Assembly (NCBI GenBank): GCA_963833095.1
Contig: CAWHWQ010000004.1
Span: 64,001-128,000, forward strand
Source of the DNA: Vulcanimicrobiota bacterium
GTDB taxonomy: Bacteria > Vulcanimicrobiota > Vulcanimicrobiia > Vulcanimicrobiales > Vulcanimicrobiaceae
DNA length: 64,000 nt
Reading direction: 5' to 3'
Positions 50,455 through 62,800 of this stretch are shown here, in pieces. The position numbers and the translations under genes are program-made. The notes beneath the pieces were generated by a model. The model was not told the DNA's origin. It worked only from the letters and a program-made list of their open reading frames with translations, and did not search any database. Each line of letters starts with the position of its first letter. Position 1 is the stretch's first letter.

Positions 50455-50712
50455 CTACTTGCGCTTGCGCGCGGGCACCTTCCCGCCTTCACGCCGCGCT
50501 TCGCTCAATCCGATCGCGATTGCTTGCTTGCGGCTCGTGACTTTCTTCCCCGAGCGCCCCGACTTGAGTTTCCCGGCCTTCATCTCTTCCATAGTGCGCT
50601 TGACCTTTTGGCCGGCCTTAGCGCCGTACTTGCGCCTCGTCTTCTTCTTGCGCGTCGTGGTCTTTTTCGCCGTCGTCTTTTTACGGGTGGTCGTTTTCTT
50701 GCGTGCCGCCAT
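50455..50712 (-). CDS. Small basic DUF6496-like protein
   Basis: GKLKSGRSGKKVTSRKQAIAIGLSEAR. Confidence 0.8.
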   Translation of the reverse strand: MAARKKTTTRKKTTAKKTTTRKKKTRRKYGAKAGQKVKRTMEEMKAGKLKSGRSGKKVTSRKQAIAIGLSEARREGGKVPARKRK

Positions 50713-50713
50713 G

Positions 50714-51214
50714 TCATGCGCTCATTTCGTAGTGCAGCGCGCCACGGAATTGTTTGACGGAACGCGTCAGAGACGCAGCCTGCTCCTCGTCGGCCTCCTC
50801 GCGCAGATGCACGAAGGCCTTGCGCTCTTCGTCCTCGATGTGCTCGAGGACGGCGTCGCGCAGCGTCTGGGCGGTGACGGCAAAGGCGTCTTCTTCGCCG
50901 CGGCCCTCTTTCAACATCGAATCGAGCTCGAATACGACGACGTCGGCTTGCGCGGTCTCATGATAGAGATGTTGCGCCTCAGCCTTCTTGCGCGCTAGTC
51001 GCTCGATTGCCGGATAGACCAAGTTTTCTTCAGTCGCGTTGTGAATCGTAAGCGCGGCTTTAAGCTCTTCGAGCGCGCTTTTGCGCTCGCCGTTGTCGAC
51101 CGCGGAGGTCAGGCGCTCGAGCAATCCTTCGATGAGCCGATGGTCGTTCATCAGGATTTCGACGGCGTCACCGCCCTTGGTTGGTAGCTTGTATGGGGCC
51201 TTCTGCATCTTCAC
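50714..51214 (-). CDS. Hemerythrin domain protein
   Basis: DH, HxxxEE (HNATEE), HIEDEE. Confidence 0.82.
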   Translation of the reverse strand: MKMQKAPYKLPTKGGDAVEILMNDHRLIEGLLERLTSAVDNGERKSALEELKAALTIHNATEENLVYPAIERLARKKAEAQHLYHETAQADVVVFELDSMLKEGRGEEDAFAVTAQTLRDAVLEHIEDEERKAFVHLREEADEEQAASLTRSVKQFRGALHYEMSA

Positions 51215-51241
51215 ATCTCCTTGATATGAAGCTTCCGTTCC

Positions 51242-52449
51242 CTAAGCGACTACGACTGAAACCCGTTCGTCGATGTGCGAGAAGACGTCGTAGAGCGCCT
51301 CATACGCTTCATCGATTTGCTCTTCTCCCAGTACCAGCGGCGGCGCGAAGCGAAGCGAATTCCCGCCGGCGCTTCCGACCAGCAGCCCGTGTTCGCGCAG
51401 CGCTGTGACGACGTCGGCCACGCGGATACTTCTCCTTGAGTCCAAGCGCGCAGAGCAGCCCCATGCCGCGCAATCCCGAGATAACGTTTGGAAACGCGAG
51501 CGCAAGATCGGTCAGCCGCGCCATCAACTGCACTTCGCGCACGGCGACGTATGCCTCTAAGTCGATGGCGTCGCGCACGCGCAGGTGCGCGAGTGCGGCC
51601 GCGCACGGAACCGGCGAACCGCCGAAGGTCGTCCCGTGATCGCCGGGTTGAAGCGCGTCGATCGCGCATCTCCGCGCACGAGCATCGCGCCGATCGGCAA
51701 CCCGTTGGCCAGCGCCTTGGCCATCGTCACGACGTCGGGCCGCACGCCGAAACGCTGGAACGCAAAGAGCGGGCCGAGGCGACCCATCCCGCATTGAATC
51801 TCGTCGAAGATCAAGAGCGCGCCGCGCTTGTCGCACAAGTGACGCGCCATCGCGAGAAACTCGACGCTCGCCGGATGGACGCCGCTCTCTCCCTGCACCG
51901 GCTCGACGATGAAGGCCGCGACCGTATCGTCGATGGCCTTGTCGAGCGCGAACATGTCGTTGAACTCCGTAAAGGCAAAGCCGTCCGGCATCGGTCCGAA
52001 GCCTTCTTTATACTTGTCGTTGGCGGTGGCGGCGAGCGCACCCAGCGTGCGGCCGTGAAACGAGCCGGTGCACGCAAGGATCTTGACGCGATCCGTTTCG
52101 CCCTTGCGGAACGCGCGCTTGCGGGCGAGCTTGATCGCCGCTTCGTTGGCTTCGGTTCCGGAGTTGCAAAAGAACGCGCGCGCGAAGCCGCTGCGCTGCG
52201 ACCAGCTCCTTGGCGAGCGCGTCCGGCCGGCTCGTGGTAGTAGAGATTGCTGCAGTGCACCAGCGTGCGCGCTTGATCCGCAATCGCTTGCGAGATCCAC
52301 GGATGGCAGTGCCCGAGCGCGCAGACCGCGATGCCGGCGATAAAATCCAGATAGCGGCGTTCCTGGTCGTCGAACAGATAGCAGCCTTCGCCGCGCACGA
52401 TGTTGATCGGCGCGCGGTTATAATTCGCGAGCAGCGCGCTGTCGTTCAT
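51242..52449 (-). CDS. argD: Acetylornithine aminotransferase; frameshifted
   Basis: GIAVCALGH, NSGTEANE, FHGRT, EPVQGE, DEIQCG, AKAL. Confidence 0.9.
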
Positions 52450-53673
52450 GTCCGGTAACTCGCGTTAATGCGCACGTAATCCTTCGAGAGATCGCAGCCC
52501 CACGCGGTCGCGCGCGCTTCGCCGATGCCCAAGTGCAGATCGACGACGATATCGGTCAACTCGAGCTCGCTGTGCGCTTCGGCTTCACTCAGCACCTCGA
52601 TCGCGCCGGGTTGCGACCCACGTCTTGCCGTTGAGTTGCAGCCACCACGTATCCGGATCGAGCCCGGCGTTCACCGAGCCCGCCGCTGCGATGATGCGGC
52701 CCCAATTCGGATCCTCGCCGTACAGCGCCGTCCTCACCAGATTGCTGTTGATCACCGCGCGCCCGATCGTGCGCGCTTGCGCAACGTCTTTTGCGCCGCG
52801 TGACGTGCACGGTGAGCGTCTTGGTCGCGCCTTCGCCGTCGGCCACCATCGCCAGCGCAAGATCGGAGCAGACCTGGTGCAGCGCGCGAACGAAAGGCGC
52901 GGGCGGCGCGCCTTCGTCCCGGCCGGCGCAAACGCGTACAACGCATCGTTGGTCGACATGCAGCCGTCGACCGAAATCATGTTGAACGTCGCGTCGGCCG
53001 CCTCGCGCAACTCGCTCTGCAACGCGACCGCCGACATCGGCAGATCGGTCGCCACGAACGCAAGCATCGTCGCCATGTTGGGAGCGATCATGCCCGAGCC
53101 TTTGGCGATGCCGCCGACGACGTATTTCTTCTCGCCGATATAAAACGCGTAGGCGGCGAGCTTCGGCACGCGATCGGTGGTCATGATCGCTTCGGCCGCG
53201 TCATTACTCGATTTGCCGCCGCTCTCGAGCTGCTCGACCGCGCGCTCGAGTCCGCGCTGCACGCGATCCATCGGCAGCGGGACGCCGATGACGCCGGTCG
53301 ACGCGACGATGATGCTGGTCGCGGAGACTTTGAGCAGCGCCGCGGCTTGGCGCGCGGTCGCGCGCGCGTCGCGATCCCCGCGCTCGCCGGTGCACGCGTT
53401 AGCGCAGCCCGAGTTGCAGACGATCGCGCGGAACACGCCCGTCGACCCGCGATGTGCTCGGCGCTGACGAGTACCGGCGCCGCCTTGATTTCATTGGTGG
53501 TGATGACCGACGCGCAGACCTGCGGCTGCTCGAACGTGATCACGCGCGAGGTCGCGCTTGCGCGGCTTGATCCCCGCGTGGACGCCGGCGGACTGGACAC
53601 CCGGCACCGCGCCGATGCCGCCGCGAACCGCGACTAGCCGAACATCGTCATCCTGCGACAATTGCGCGAGCAT
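52446..53673 (-). CDS. argJ: Ornithine acetyltransferase ArgJ; frameshifted
   Basis: NSGCANACTG, IMTTD, KGSGMIAPNMAT, STND, DPNWGRI, WGCDL. Confidence 0.92.
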
Positions 53674-54632
53674 GCAATCCGGTCTCCTCGGGATAGCCCA
53701 GCATGATGTTGAGGTTTTGCACGGCCTGACCCGGCCGCGCCTTTGCCTAAGTTGTCGATCGCGCAGATCACGCGAACCGTGTTGCCTCGCACGTCGACGC
53801 GCAATTCCGCGTCGTTGGTCCCGGCGACCGCCGCAACGCTCGGCACGCGGTCGCCCTCGACGATGCGCGACGAACGGGCTGCCCGCGTACGCCGCCGCGA
53901 TAGGCGCGGCGCACGTCCGCCTCGTCGAGCGTCCCGATCGTACACGGCATACGAGTCGGCCAGCATGCCGCGCGCGAGCGGCACGACGTGCGGCGTAAAG
54001 ACCAGCGGCGCGGCGATACCGTGCGCGCGCAGCAGGCGCTCGATCTCGGGCTGGTGGCGATGCCGTCGATGCCATAGGCGCGAATGTCGCCCGCGACTTC
54101 GGCATACAGCGATCCGGTTGCCGGCTTGCGCCCCGCGCCGGTGATGCCGCTCTTCGCATCGACGATCAGTTGCACCGGCCGGGCTCCGAGCGCGCGCAGC
54201 GGCAAAAGCCCGAGCAACGTTGCGGTCGGATAACAGCCCGGATTTGCGACAAGCGACGCCCGCGCGATCGCGTCGCGGTGCCATTCCGGCAAGTCCGTAC
54301 GCAGCGTTGTCGTCGAAGCGATAGTCGCGCGGAAAGGTCGACGACCCGCGCGCCGGCTTCCAGGAACGCGGGCACGTGCGCGTGCGCTTCGCCGTGCGCT
54401 GCCGGCCGCAATGACGACGATCGCCGGCACGCAGCGCCGCGCAGCACGGATCCCTCGGGTGAAAAGACGTACGGTGTCGTGCGCAGCAGCGGAAAGTGAT
54501 CGCCAAGCGCCGCGCCCGCGTGGCTGCGGCTCTCCAGCGCGCCAAGTTCAAAGAACGGGATGCGTGTCGAGCAGACCGAATCGCTTCGGCCGCGCCGTAT
54601 CCGCTGGCGCCCCAGACATGCACGCGCGTCAT
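53648..54632 (-). CDS. argC: N-acetyl-gamma-glutamyl-phosphate reductase; frameshifted
   Basis: GASGY, ANPGCYPT, SGITGAGR, DNLGKGA. Confidence 0.92.
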
Positions 54633-56028
54633 GAGAGCATCTAATTCCGCAGCGAGCGAGGCGAGGCCCGCGCGCACGGCATCCGGCGACGTCGATCCGG
54701 CGGTATTTTTTGCAGCGACGCTCGCTGCCGGATCGAGCGGCGCATGAACGACCTTAAGACCGGCCTCGGTAGCGAGCGTTTCGAGGTCGCGCGCATCCAG
54801 CGGACGGCCTGCATCTTCGGCGGCACGCACCACGGCACCGACGAGCGCGTGCGCGTCGCGCGCGCTAACGCCCGCGGCGATCAGCGCATCGGCGAGGTCG
54901 GTCGCTACCGTGTAGCCGTCGCCAGCGTGCGCATTCATTGCTTCGCGAACGAAGGTCGTATCGCGCAGCGCGCGTTCGAACGCGTCGAGCGCCGCCAGCG
55001 TGCGTTCGCACGCCGCGATGGCCAGGCGTTTGGTCTCCTGTAAGTCGCGGTGATACGAGAGCGGCATGCCCACCGTCGAGGTCAGCGCACCGAAGTAGGC
55101 GCCGGCAACTTCGCTCGCGCAGCCGCGCACCAGTTCGAACAGGATCCGGATTGCGCTTTTGCGGCATCAGGCTCGATCCGGTCGAGGACGCATCCCCCAA
55201 ACGCGCGTAACCGAAGCCGGGCGTTGCCCAGAGCACGATTTCAGCGCTGACGCGCGAGGCATCGGTCAGCGCACGCGCGCAGGCTTGCGCGACGTCGAGT
55301 ACCGCATCGCGCGTTCCGACCGCGTCCATCGCGTTGCGCGAGGGACGATCGAATCCGAGGCGCTTGCACGCCGCGTTTCGATCGAGCGGAAGCGTCGAAC
55401 CCGCGACCGCGCCCGAGCCCAGCGGACAACTGCTCTTCGCGAACGCTGCGGCCGTCGTGAAGCGATGCGCGGCGCGCACGAACGGCTCGGCGGCAGCGGT
55501 CAGCCAAAAGGCGAGCAGAACGGGTTGCGCCGGCTGCCAGTGCGTCGTCGCGGCAAGCAGCGTCTGCGCAGTGAGTTCCTCGGAAGCGCGGGCGAGCAGA
55601 TGCGCGCGATCGAACGAGCACGCTGCGCGCCCGCAAGCGCGCGATCGTGCGCGTAGAGCGCAAGCGTCGTTGCAACTTGGTCGTTGCGGCTGCGCCCGGC
55701 ATGCAACAGCGCCCCTGCCTGCGGTTCGAGTTCGCGCACGCGCGCGTCGATCGCGCCGTGCACGTCTTCTGCGCCGCTGCGCGCGCAAACGCGGCAAACG
55801 TCTCCGCATCGATTTCAGCGGCAACCTCGTCGAGCGCGCCGTGCAGCGTCGCGGCGTCGCGCCGCCGATGATCTTGCCGCCGGCGAGCGCATCGACGTGC
55901 GCCATGCGAGGTGTGCACGTCGAACGGTGCGAGCACCAGATCGTCTTCGAGCGACGAGCCGAACGCGAGCAACGCCGCATCGGGCGGCGCGCTAAACGGC
56001 CGCCCCACTGGAGCGATCCTTTTGTCAT
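54629..56028 (-). CDS. argH: Argininosuccinate lyase; frameshifted
   Basis: WGGR, GRSRNDQ, STGSSLMPQKRNPD, SYHRDLQE. Confidence 0.92.
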
Positions 56029-56067
56029 TCCGAGCGTGGCTCGCGAAGCAGCGTAGTCGAAGCGATC
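56022..56067 (+). repeat. Degenerate GTCATCCCGAG-family repeat at the argG/argH junction
   Basis: TTGTCATTCCGAGCGTGG-CTCGCGAAGCA-GCGTAGTCGAAG. Confidence 0.7.
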
Positions 56068-57268
56068 GATCGCGGCCAACTGATCTGTCGGCAGGCCGTA
56101 CAGGCGAATGAAACCGTCGGCGGCGTGGTGATCGAACGTGTCGGCATTGCCGTACGTCGCGAGCGACTCATCGTAGAGCGCGAAGGGCGAGCGCACACCC
56201 GCCATCGCGACCGCTCCGTGAAAGAGCTGCACCCGCACGTCGCCGGTCATCCGCGACGCAAACGACGCGTTGAACGCATCGAGCGCGTCGCGCAGCGGCG
56301 ACATCCACAATCCGTCGTAGATCAGTTCGGCATATTTCTGATCGCAGCTGGCTTTAAAGCGCAGCTCGTCGCGCGTGAGCACGAGCCGTTCGAGCGCGTT
56401 GTGCGCCGCGATCAGCACTGATTGCCGCGGGCAGCTTCATAGACTTCGCGCGACTTCACGCCGACGACGCGATCTTCGACCAAGTCGATGCGGCCGATGC
56501 CGTGCGCGCCGGCGAGCGCGTTGAGCTTTGCAACCAGATCCGCGACCGGTGACGCCGTCCACCGACGGAACGCCGTGTTCGAAGTGAATCGACGACGTCG
56601 TCGGGCTTGGCCGGCTGCATCGGCGGCCGACGCGGTCCACGCGTACGCGTCTTCGGGCGGCGCGTTCCACGGATCTTCGAGCACGCCGGCTTCGATCGAG
56701 CGGCCCCACAGGTTGGCGTCGATCGAATACGGCTTTGCCGCGGTGTGCGCGATCGGAACGCCGTGTTCGGCGCGTAGGCGATCGCGTCGGGACGCGAGAG
56801 CGGCGCTTCGCGCAGCGGCGCGCGCACGGTGAGGTGCGGATCGAGCGCGCGAACGCCAAGCTCGATGCGCACTTGATCGTTGCCTTTGCCGGTGCAGCCG
56901 TGCGCGACCGCGTCGGCGCCGTACTTGTGCGCGGCTTCGACCAGCAGCGCGCCGATCAGCGGGCGCGAGAGCGCGGCCGAGAGCGGATAGACGCCTTGAT
57001 ACAGCGCGTTGGCGGCAGCGCGGGCAGCGCGTAATCGTTCGACGAAGCGCTCGCGCGCGTCGATCACACGGCGTCGTCGGCGCCGAGGTCGAGCGCTTTG
57101 CTGGCGCACGTCTTCGAGCGCGGCGTGCCGCGCCGTTCGCCGGCGACGCACGTCGCTCTCGCCGAGGTCGGCGGTCATCGCGACGACCTCGTGTCCGGCG
57201 ACAATCAATTGTTTGAGCAAAACCGAGGTATCGAGGCCGCCGGAATACGCTAGAACGATGCGGCTCAC
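56025..57268 (-). CDS. argG: Argininosuccinate synthase; frameshifted, 3' end uncertain
   Basis: LAYSGGLDTS, HGCTGKGNDQVR, GIGRIDLVEDR..KSREVYE. Confidence 0.93.
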
Positions 57269-57739
57269 GCTGCGCTACTTCCCTTCAAGTCCAAGAAACG
57301 TTGTTTGAAACGGGCATCTCTTCGGCGCTGCGCACCGACGATCATCACCGTGTCGTCGCCGCCGAGCGTGCCGAGAATTTCGGGCCAGCCGGCTTCGTCG
57401 ATCGCCGAAGCGACCATCATCGCGCTGCCGGGCGGCGTTCGCAGCACGATCAGGTTGACGCTGCCTTCGATCGTGATCGCGAGTTCGGCGACCACGCGGT
57501 GCAGGCGGCTGACGTAATTCACCGTCGCGTTCGGCACGACGTACTTGAAGAGGCCGTCATCGTCGCCGTTGGACTTGATCGGCACTTTGACCAAGCCCAG
57601 TTCCTTGATGTCGCGCGAGACCGTGGCCTGCGTCACCTCGTAGCCTTGCGCGTCGAGCAGCGCGACCAGTTCTTCTTGCGAGTGCATCGGCCGCGTCGCG
57701 ACCAGCGTGAGGATCGCGCGTTGGCGCACGGTCTTTCAT
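57265..57739 (-). CDS. argR: Arginine repressor
   Basis: [23 protein letters not shown]. Confidence 0.93.
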
Positions 57740-58722
57740 AGCGGGCAGTCCCTTTCGCAGGTCGGTTAGCAAGCGCAACGAGCAGCGCCTTCTGCGCGTG
57801 CAAGCCGGTTTTCGGCTTGATCGAAGACGGCGCTGCGCGTGCCGTCGATCACCGCCGGCGCTCACTTCCTCGCCGCGATGCGCGGGCAGACAGTGCATGA
57901 AGATCGCGTGCGGCTGCGCGTACGCGATCAGCTCCTCGGTGACCGCATACGGACGCAGCATCGCGGCGTTGCGTTCGCGATAGCGCTCTTCGCCCATCGA
58001 GGTCCAGACGTCGGTGTAAACGACGTCGACGCCGCGCACCGCGCGCACCGGGCTGGTGAACGCGCGCGCGGTGCCGCCGCTGGGTTCGCCCAATTCGATT
58101 GAGCAGCGACGAGCAACGCTTCGGCCGGGCGATGCGTCGGCGGCGAGCCGAAGTGCACCGACCGCACCGATCATCACCGCCGCTTCCGCAAGCGACGCCG
58201 CGACGTTGTTGCTGCCGTCGCCCACGTAGGCGATGCGCAGGCCCTCGAGCGTGCCGAAGCGTTCCTCGATCGTCAGCATGTCGGCCAGCGCCTGACACGG
58301 ATGCGCGGCGGCCGAGAGCCCGTTGATCACCGGCACGGTCGACGGCGGCGCGAAGCGCTGCAGCGGCTCGTGCGCGTGCGTGCGCACGACGATCGCATCG
58401 ACGTAGCGCGAGAGCACGCGCGCGGCGTCTTCGGGCGTCTCGCGCGTGCCGACCATGAACTCGTCGCCGTGCGCGAAGAGCGTCTCGCCGCCGAGCTGCT
58501 TCATCGCGACTTCAAAGGAGACGCGCGTGCGCAGGCTCGGCTTCTCGAAGAGCAGCCGAGCGTGCGGCCGCGCAGCAGCGTGCGTACCTCGGTGCGCGGG
58601 ACGGCCTTGAGGTAGCGGGCAAGCGAGATCAGCGCGGCCAACTCGCCGGGCGAGAAGTCCGTGACCTCGAGAATGTTGCGCCCACGGAGCGTATTGCTCT
58701 GGGCTGGCGCTACGGAAGACAT
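57736..58722 (-). CDS. argF: Ornithine carbamoyltransferase; frameshifted
   Basis: [33 protein letters not shown]. Confidence 0.93.
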
Positions 58723-58726
58723 TACC

Positions 58727-58759
58727 TGTATATTTATACATATGGAGCATAATTATTCA
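58727..58759. promoter_or_regulatory. Tandem ARG boxes (ArgR operator)
   Basis: TGTATATTTATACA (58727-58740) and AGCATAATTATTCA (58746-58759) match TGMATWWWWATKCA; AT-rich island between argF and argB. Confidence 0.8.
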
Positions 58760-59539
58760 ACCCCCATCGTCATCAAGTACGGGGGGAACGCCCTCCCTGG
58801 GGGCGGGTACGGGGCGGACCCGATCCTCGCCGAGGCGGTCGCGCTCCACGAGGGCGGCACGCCCGTAGTGCTCGTCCATGGGGGCGGGCCCGAAATCGAT
58901 CGCTGGCTGGCGGACCGGCACGTGCCGACGCGCCGCGTCGACGGGCTGCGCGTCACCGACGAGGTGACCCTCGAAGTCACCGAGGCCGTACTCTGCGCGA
59001 CGATCAACAAGCGCCTGGTCCGCGCCTGCGCCGCGCTGGGGGCGCGCGCCGTCGGCATCAGCGGCGAAGACGCCAACACCCTCGTCGCGCGAACCGCCCA
59101 CGGCTCACACGGTGAAGATCTCGGCTACGTCGGCGACGTCGTCGCCTGCGATCCGTCGCTGATCAATCTTCTTCTCGCCGCGAAGTATCTTCCGGTGGTC
59201 GCACCGCTTGCAGTCGCATCCGACGACGCCCACGCTTTTAACGTCAACGCCGATCTCGCCGCAGCCGCGCTTGCGGGCGCTCTGCATGCCCGCGCCTTCA
59301 TTATGATCACCAACGTCGAACGCGTCCGCCGCGACCCGAAGGATCCCGCTAGCGGCATCGATCGCCTCTCGCTCGACGAGGCACGCGCCTTTACGAAAAC
59401 GCCCGCCTGCGAAGGCGGCATGCTTCCCAAGATGCAGGCCGCGATCGCGGCGGTCGAAGCAGGCGCGAGCGCATCCTATATTTGCGGACCGCACGCGATC
59501 GCCGACGCACTCGCCGGCAACGCCACCATCGTGTCGTAA
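58742..59539 (+). CDS. argB: Acetylglutamate kinase
   Basis: [31 protein letters not shown]. Confidence 0.95.
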   Translation: MEHNYSTPIVIKYGGNALPGGGYGADPILAEAVALHEGGTPVVLVHGGGPEIDRWLADRHVPTRRVDGLRVTDEVTLEVTEAVLCATINKRLVRACAALGARAVGISGEDANTLVARTAHGSHGEDLGYVGDVVACDPSLINLLLAAKYLPVVAPLAVASDDAHAFNVNADLAAAALAGALHARAFIMITNVERVRRDPKDPASGIDRLSLDEARAFTKTPACEGGMLPKMQAAIAAVEAGASASYICGPHAIADALAGNATIVS

Positions 59540-59548
59540 CGCCCCGCC

Positions 59549-59832
59549 TTGTCATCCCGAGCGTAGCGCAGCATAGTCGAAGGACCGGCACCACGCGTCA
59601 CCTTGAGGTACGAAGCGTTAGCGAGCCTCGAAGGGCTAGCGTATTGTCATCCCGAGCGTAGCGCAGCGTAGTCGAGGGACCGGCACCACGCGTCACCTTG
59701 AGGCGCGAAGCGTTAGCGAGCCTCTCAGGGCTAGCGTATTGTCATCCCGAGCGTAGCGAACAAAGTAGCGTAGTCGAGGGACGGGCATCACGTGTCACCT
59801 TGAGGCGCGAGCGTTAGCGAGCCTCTCAGGGC
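59549..59832 (+). repeat. BIME-like mosaic: three units of about 95 bp alternating GTCATCCCGAG (A) and GTCACCTTGAG (B) palindromes
   Basis: TTGTCATCCC at 59549, 59644, 59739, each followed by GTCACCTTGAGG..GCGAGCCTC. Confidence 0.9.
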
Positions 59833-59888
59833 GCTGCGCCCACGCCCTCGCCGGCAACGCAACGGGCGTCCGCGGTGTTTGAGAAGCT

Positions 59889-62800
59889 GTGATCGACCGA
59901 TTCCACCCGCTCGTACGGGAGTGGTTCGCTAGCCGTTACGGCGAGCCGACCGAGCCGCAGGTCTGCGGCTGGCCGGTCATTCGCGGCCGGCCACGACGTG
60001 CTGATCTCCGCGCCCACCGGCTCGGGCAAAACGCTGGCCGCGTTCTCGATCTGCCTCGATGATCTCGTGCGCCGCGCGGCGGCCGACGAACTTGCCGACG
60101 AAACGCTGGTCGTCTACGTCTCGCCGCTCAAAGCGCTGACCAACGACGTGCGCAAGAATCTCGAACTGCCGCTCGGCGAGCTCGCGCGCTCTCGCGCGAG
60201 AGCAAGGCGTGGCGCTCGACGAGATCCGCACCGCGGTGCGCACCGGCGACACGACTGCCAGCCGAACGCGCGCGCATGCTGCGCAAGCCGCCGCACGTGC
60301 TGGTGACGACGCCCGAATCGCTCTTCATTTTGCTCACCGCCGAGAAGTCGCGCGCGCTCTTCACCAACGTCACGACGATCATCGTCGACGAAATCCACGC
60401 GATGGCGCGCGACAAGCGCGGCTCGCATCTGGCGCTGACGCTCGCGCGCCTCGACGATCTGCGTCAAGCCGCCGGCGGCAAGAAGCCGCAGCGCATCGGC
60501 CTCTCGGCGACGGTTCGTCCGCTCGAGGACGTCGCGCAATTCTTGAGCCCGAGCGCGCAAGTCGTCGACGTCGGCAGCCGCCGCGAGATGACGATCGCGG
60601 TCGAAGTGCCGAGCGACGAACTCGGCCCGGTCGCCAGCGGCGAGATGTGGGCCGAGATCTACGATCGCGTGGCCGACCTGATCCGCGCCAACCGCACGAC
60701 GCTGGTCTTCGTCGGCACGCGGCGCATGAGCGAACGCGTCGCCTTCGCGCTTGACCGAACGGCTCGGGCGAAGGCATCGTCCTGCCGCATCACGGCAGCC
60801 TCTCGCGCGAGATCCGCTTCGAAGCCGAGAATCGGCTCAAGAACGGCGAGCTGCGCGCGGTCGTCGCGACCGCGTCGCTCGAACTCGGCATCGACATCGG
60901 CTCGATCGATCTGGTCGTGCAGCTCGGCTCGCCGCGCTCGATCGCGGTCGCGCTGCAGCGCATCGGCCGCTCGGGTCACTGGATCGGCGCGAAGCCCGAA
61001 GGCCGCCTCTTCGCCACCACGCGCGACGAACTGATCGAGTGCGCGGCGCTCGTGCGCGCGATTCGCACCGGCGCGATGGACGCGCTCGCGATTCCGGCAG
61101 CGCCGCTCGACATTCTCGCGCAGCAGATCGTCGCCGCGTGCGCCGAGCGACGAATGGGACGACGACGAGCTCTACGCGACGGTGCGCGGCGCGTATCCGT
61201 ACCGCGACTCTCGACGCGCAACGACTTCGACGACGTCGTCGACGATGCTCGCCGACGGCATCGCGACCTCGCGCGGCCGCAGCGGCGCGTTCCTGCACTC
61301 ACGATCGCGTCAACGGCCGGCTGCGCGCGACGGCGCGGCGCGCGCCTCGCGGCGATCACCTCGCGGCGGCGCGATTCCCGAGACCGCCAACTACAACGTC
61401 GTCGCCGAACCCGACGGGCACGTCGTCGGCACGCTCGACGAAGATTTCGCCGTCGAGAGCATGGCCGGCGACATCTTTCTGCTCGGCACGACCTCGTGGC
61501 GCATCCGCCGCGTCGAAACGGGCGTCGTGCGCGTCGAAGATGCGCACGGCGCGCCGCCGATCGATTCCGTTCTGGAACGGCGAAGGCCTCGGCCGCACGA
61601 TCGAGCTCTCGCGCGAAGTCGCGGCCGTGCGCGCCGCAATCGACGAGCGCGACGATGCGCGGCGCATGCGTTGCTCGATCGAGCGAATGCGGGCTCGACG
61701 ACGCGGGCGCCGAGCAGGCCGATCGCCTACGTGCGCGCCGGCAAAGCGATCCTCGGCGTCGTGCCGACCGATACGCACGATCGTCGCCGAGCGCTTCTTC
61801 GACGAAGCCGGCGGGATGCAGCTCATCCTGCACACGCCGTTCGGCGCGCGCATCAACCGCGCGTGGGGCCTGGCGCTGCGCAAGCGGTTCTGCCGCTCGT
61901 TCAATTTCGAACTGCAAGCCGCGGCCACCGACAACGGCATCGTCCTCTCGCTGACCGAGCAGCACGCCTTTCCGCTCGAGATCGTGTTCGAGTACGTCAA
62001 GTCGGCCAGCGTCGAGTACGTGCTGACCCAAGCGCTGCTTGCCGCGCCGATGTTCGGCGCGCGCTGGCGCTGGAACGCGACTCGCGCGCTCGCGATCCTG
62101 CGCATGCGCGGCGGCCGCAAAGTGCCGCCGCAACTCCTGCGCATGCGCGCCGACGATCTTGCTCGCGGCGGTCTTCCCCGACCAGGCCGCGTGCGCCGGA
62201 GAACCTCACCGGGCCGATTCGCATTCCCGATCACGTGCTGGTCCGCGAGACGATCGACAACTGCCTGCACGAAGCGATGGACCTCGACGGTCTGCTCGAC
62301 GTGCTACGCAGCCTCGAAGCCGGCGACGATTCGCACGGTCGCGGTCGACACGCCCGAGCCGTCGCCGTTCTGTCACGAGATCCTCAACGCCAATCCGTAC
62401 GCGTATCTCGACGACGCGCCGCTCGAGGAGCGCCGCGCGCGCGCCGTGCAGCTGCGGCGCACGACCCGCAGCGACGCCGACGGCGCCGGCATGCTCGATC
62501 CCGCAGCGATCGCCGAGGTCGCCGAAGAGTCGTGGCCGGTCGTGCGCGACGCCGACGAACTGCACGATGCGCTAGCGACGCTCGTCGTGCTGCCGCCGGT
62601 CGCGGAGTGGACGCGCGTGGTTCGACGAACTGGTCGCGCAGCGCCGCGCGACGACGCTGATCGTCGCCGGCACGCGACGTTCTGGACTGCGCCGAACGGC
62701 TCGAGCTCGCGCAAGCATCGCCTATCCCGATGCGACGCTCGATCCGCGAATCGACGCGGTCACGCACGACGCCGCTTCCGGAAGAGCGCGAGGCGGCGCG

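Noticed and set aside
53634..56418. ArgG-ArgH and ArgH-ArgC fusion proteins
   Set aside because: Both junctions contain ATGA overlap signatures in an indel-rich block; single-base errors explain the read-through.
59549..59832. CRISPR array
   Set aside because: The segments between repeats are themselves repeated palindromes rather than unique spacers.
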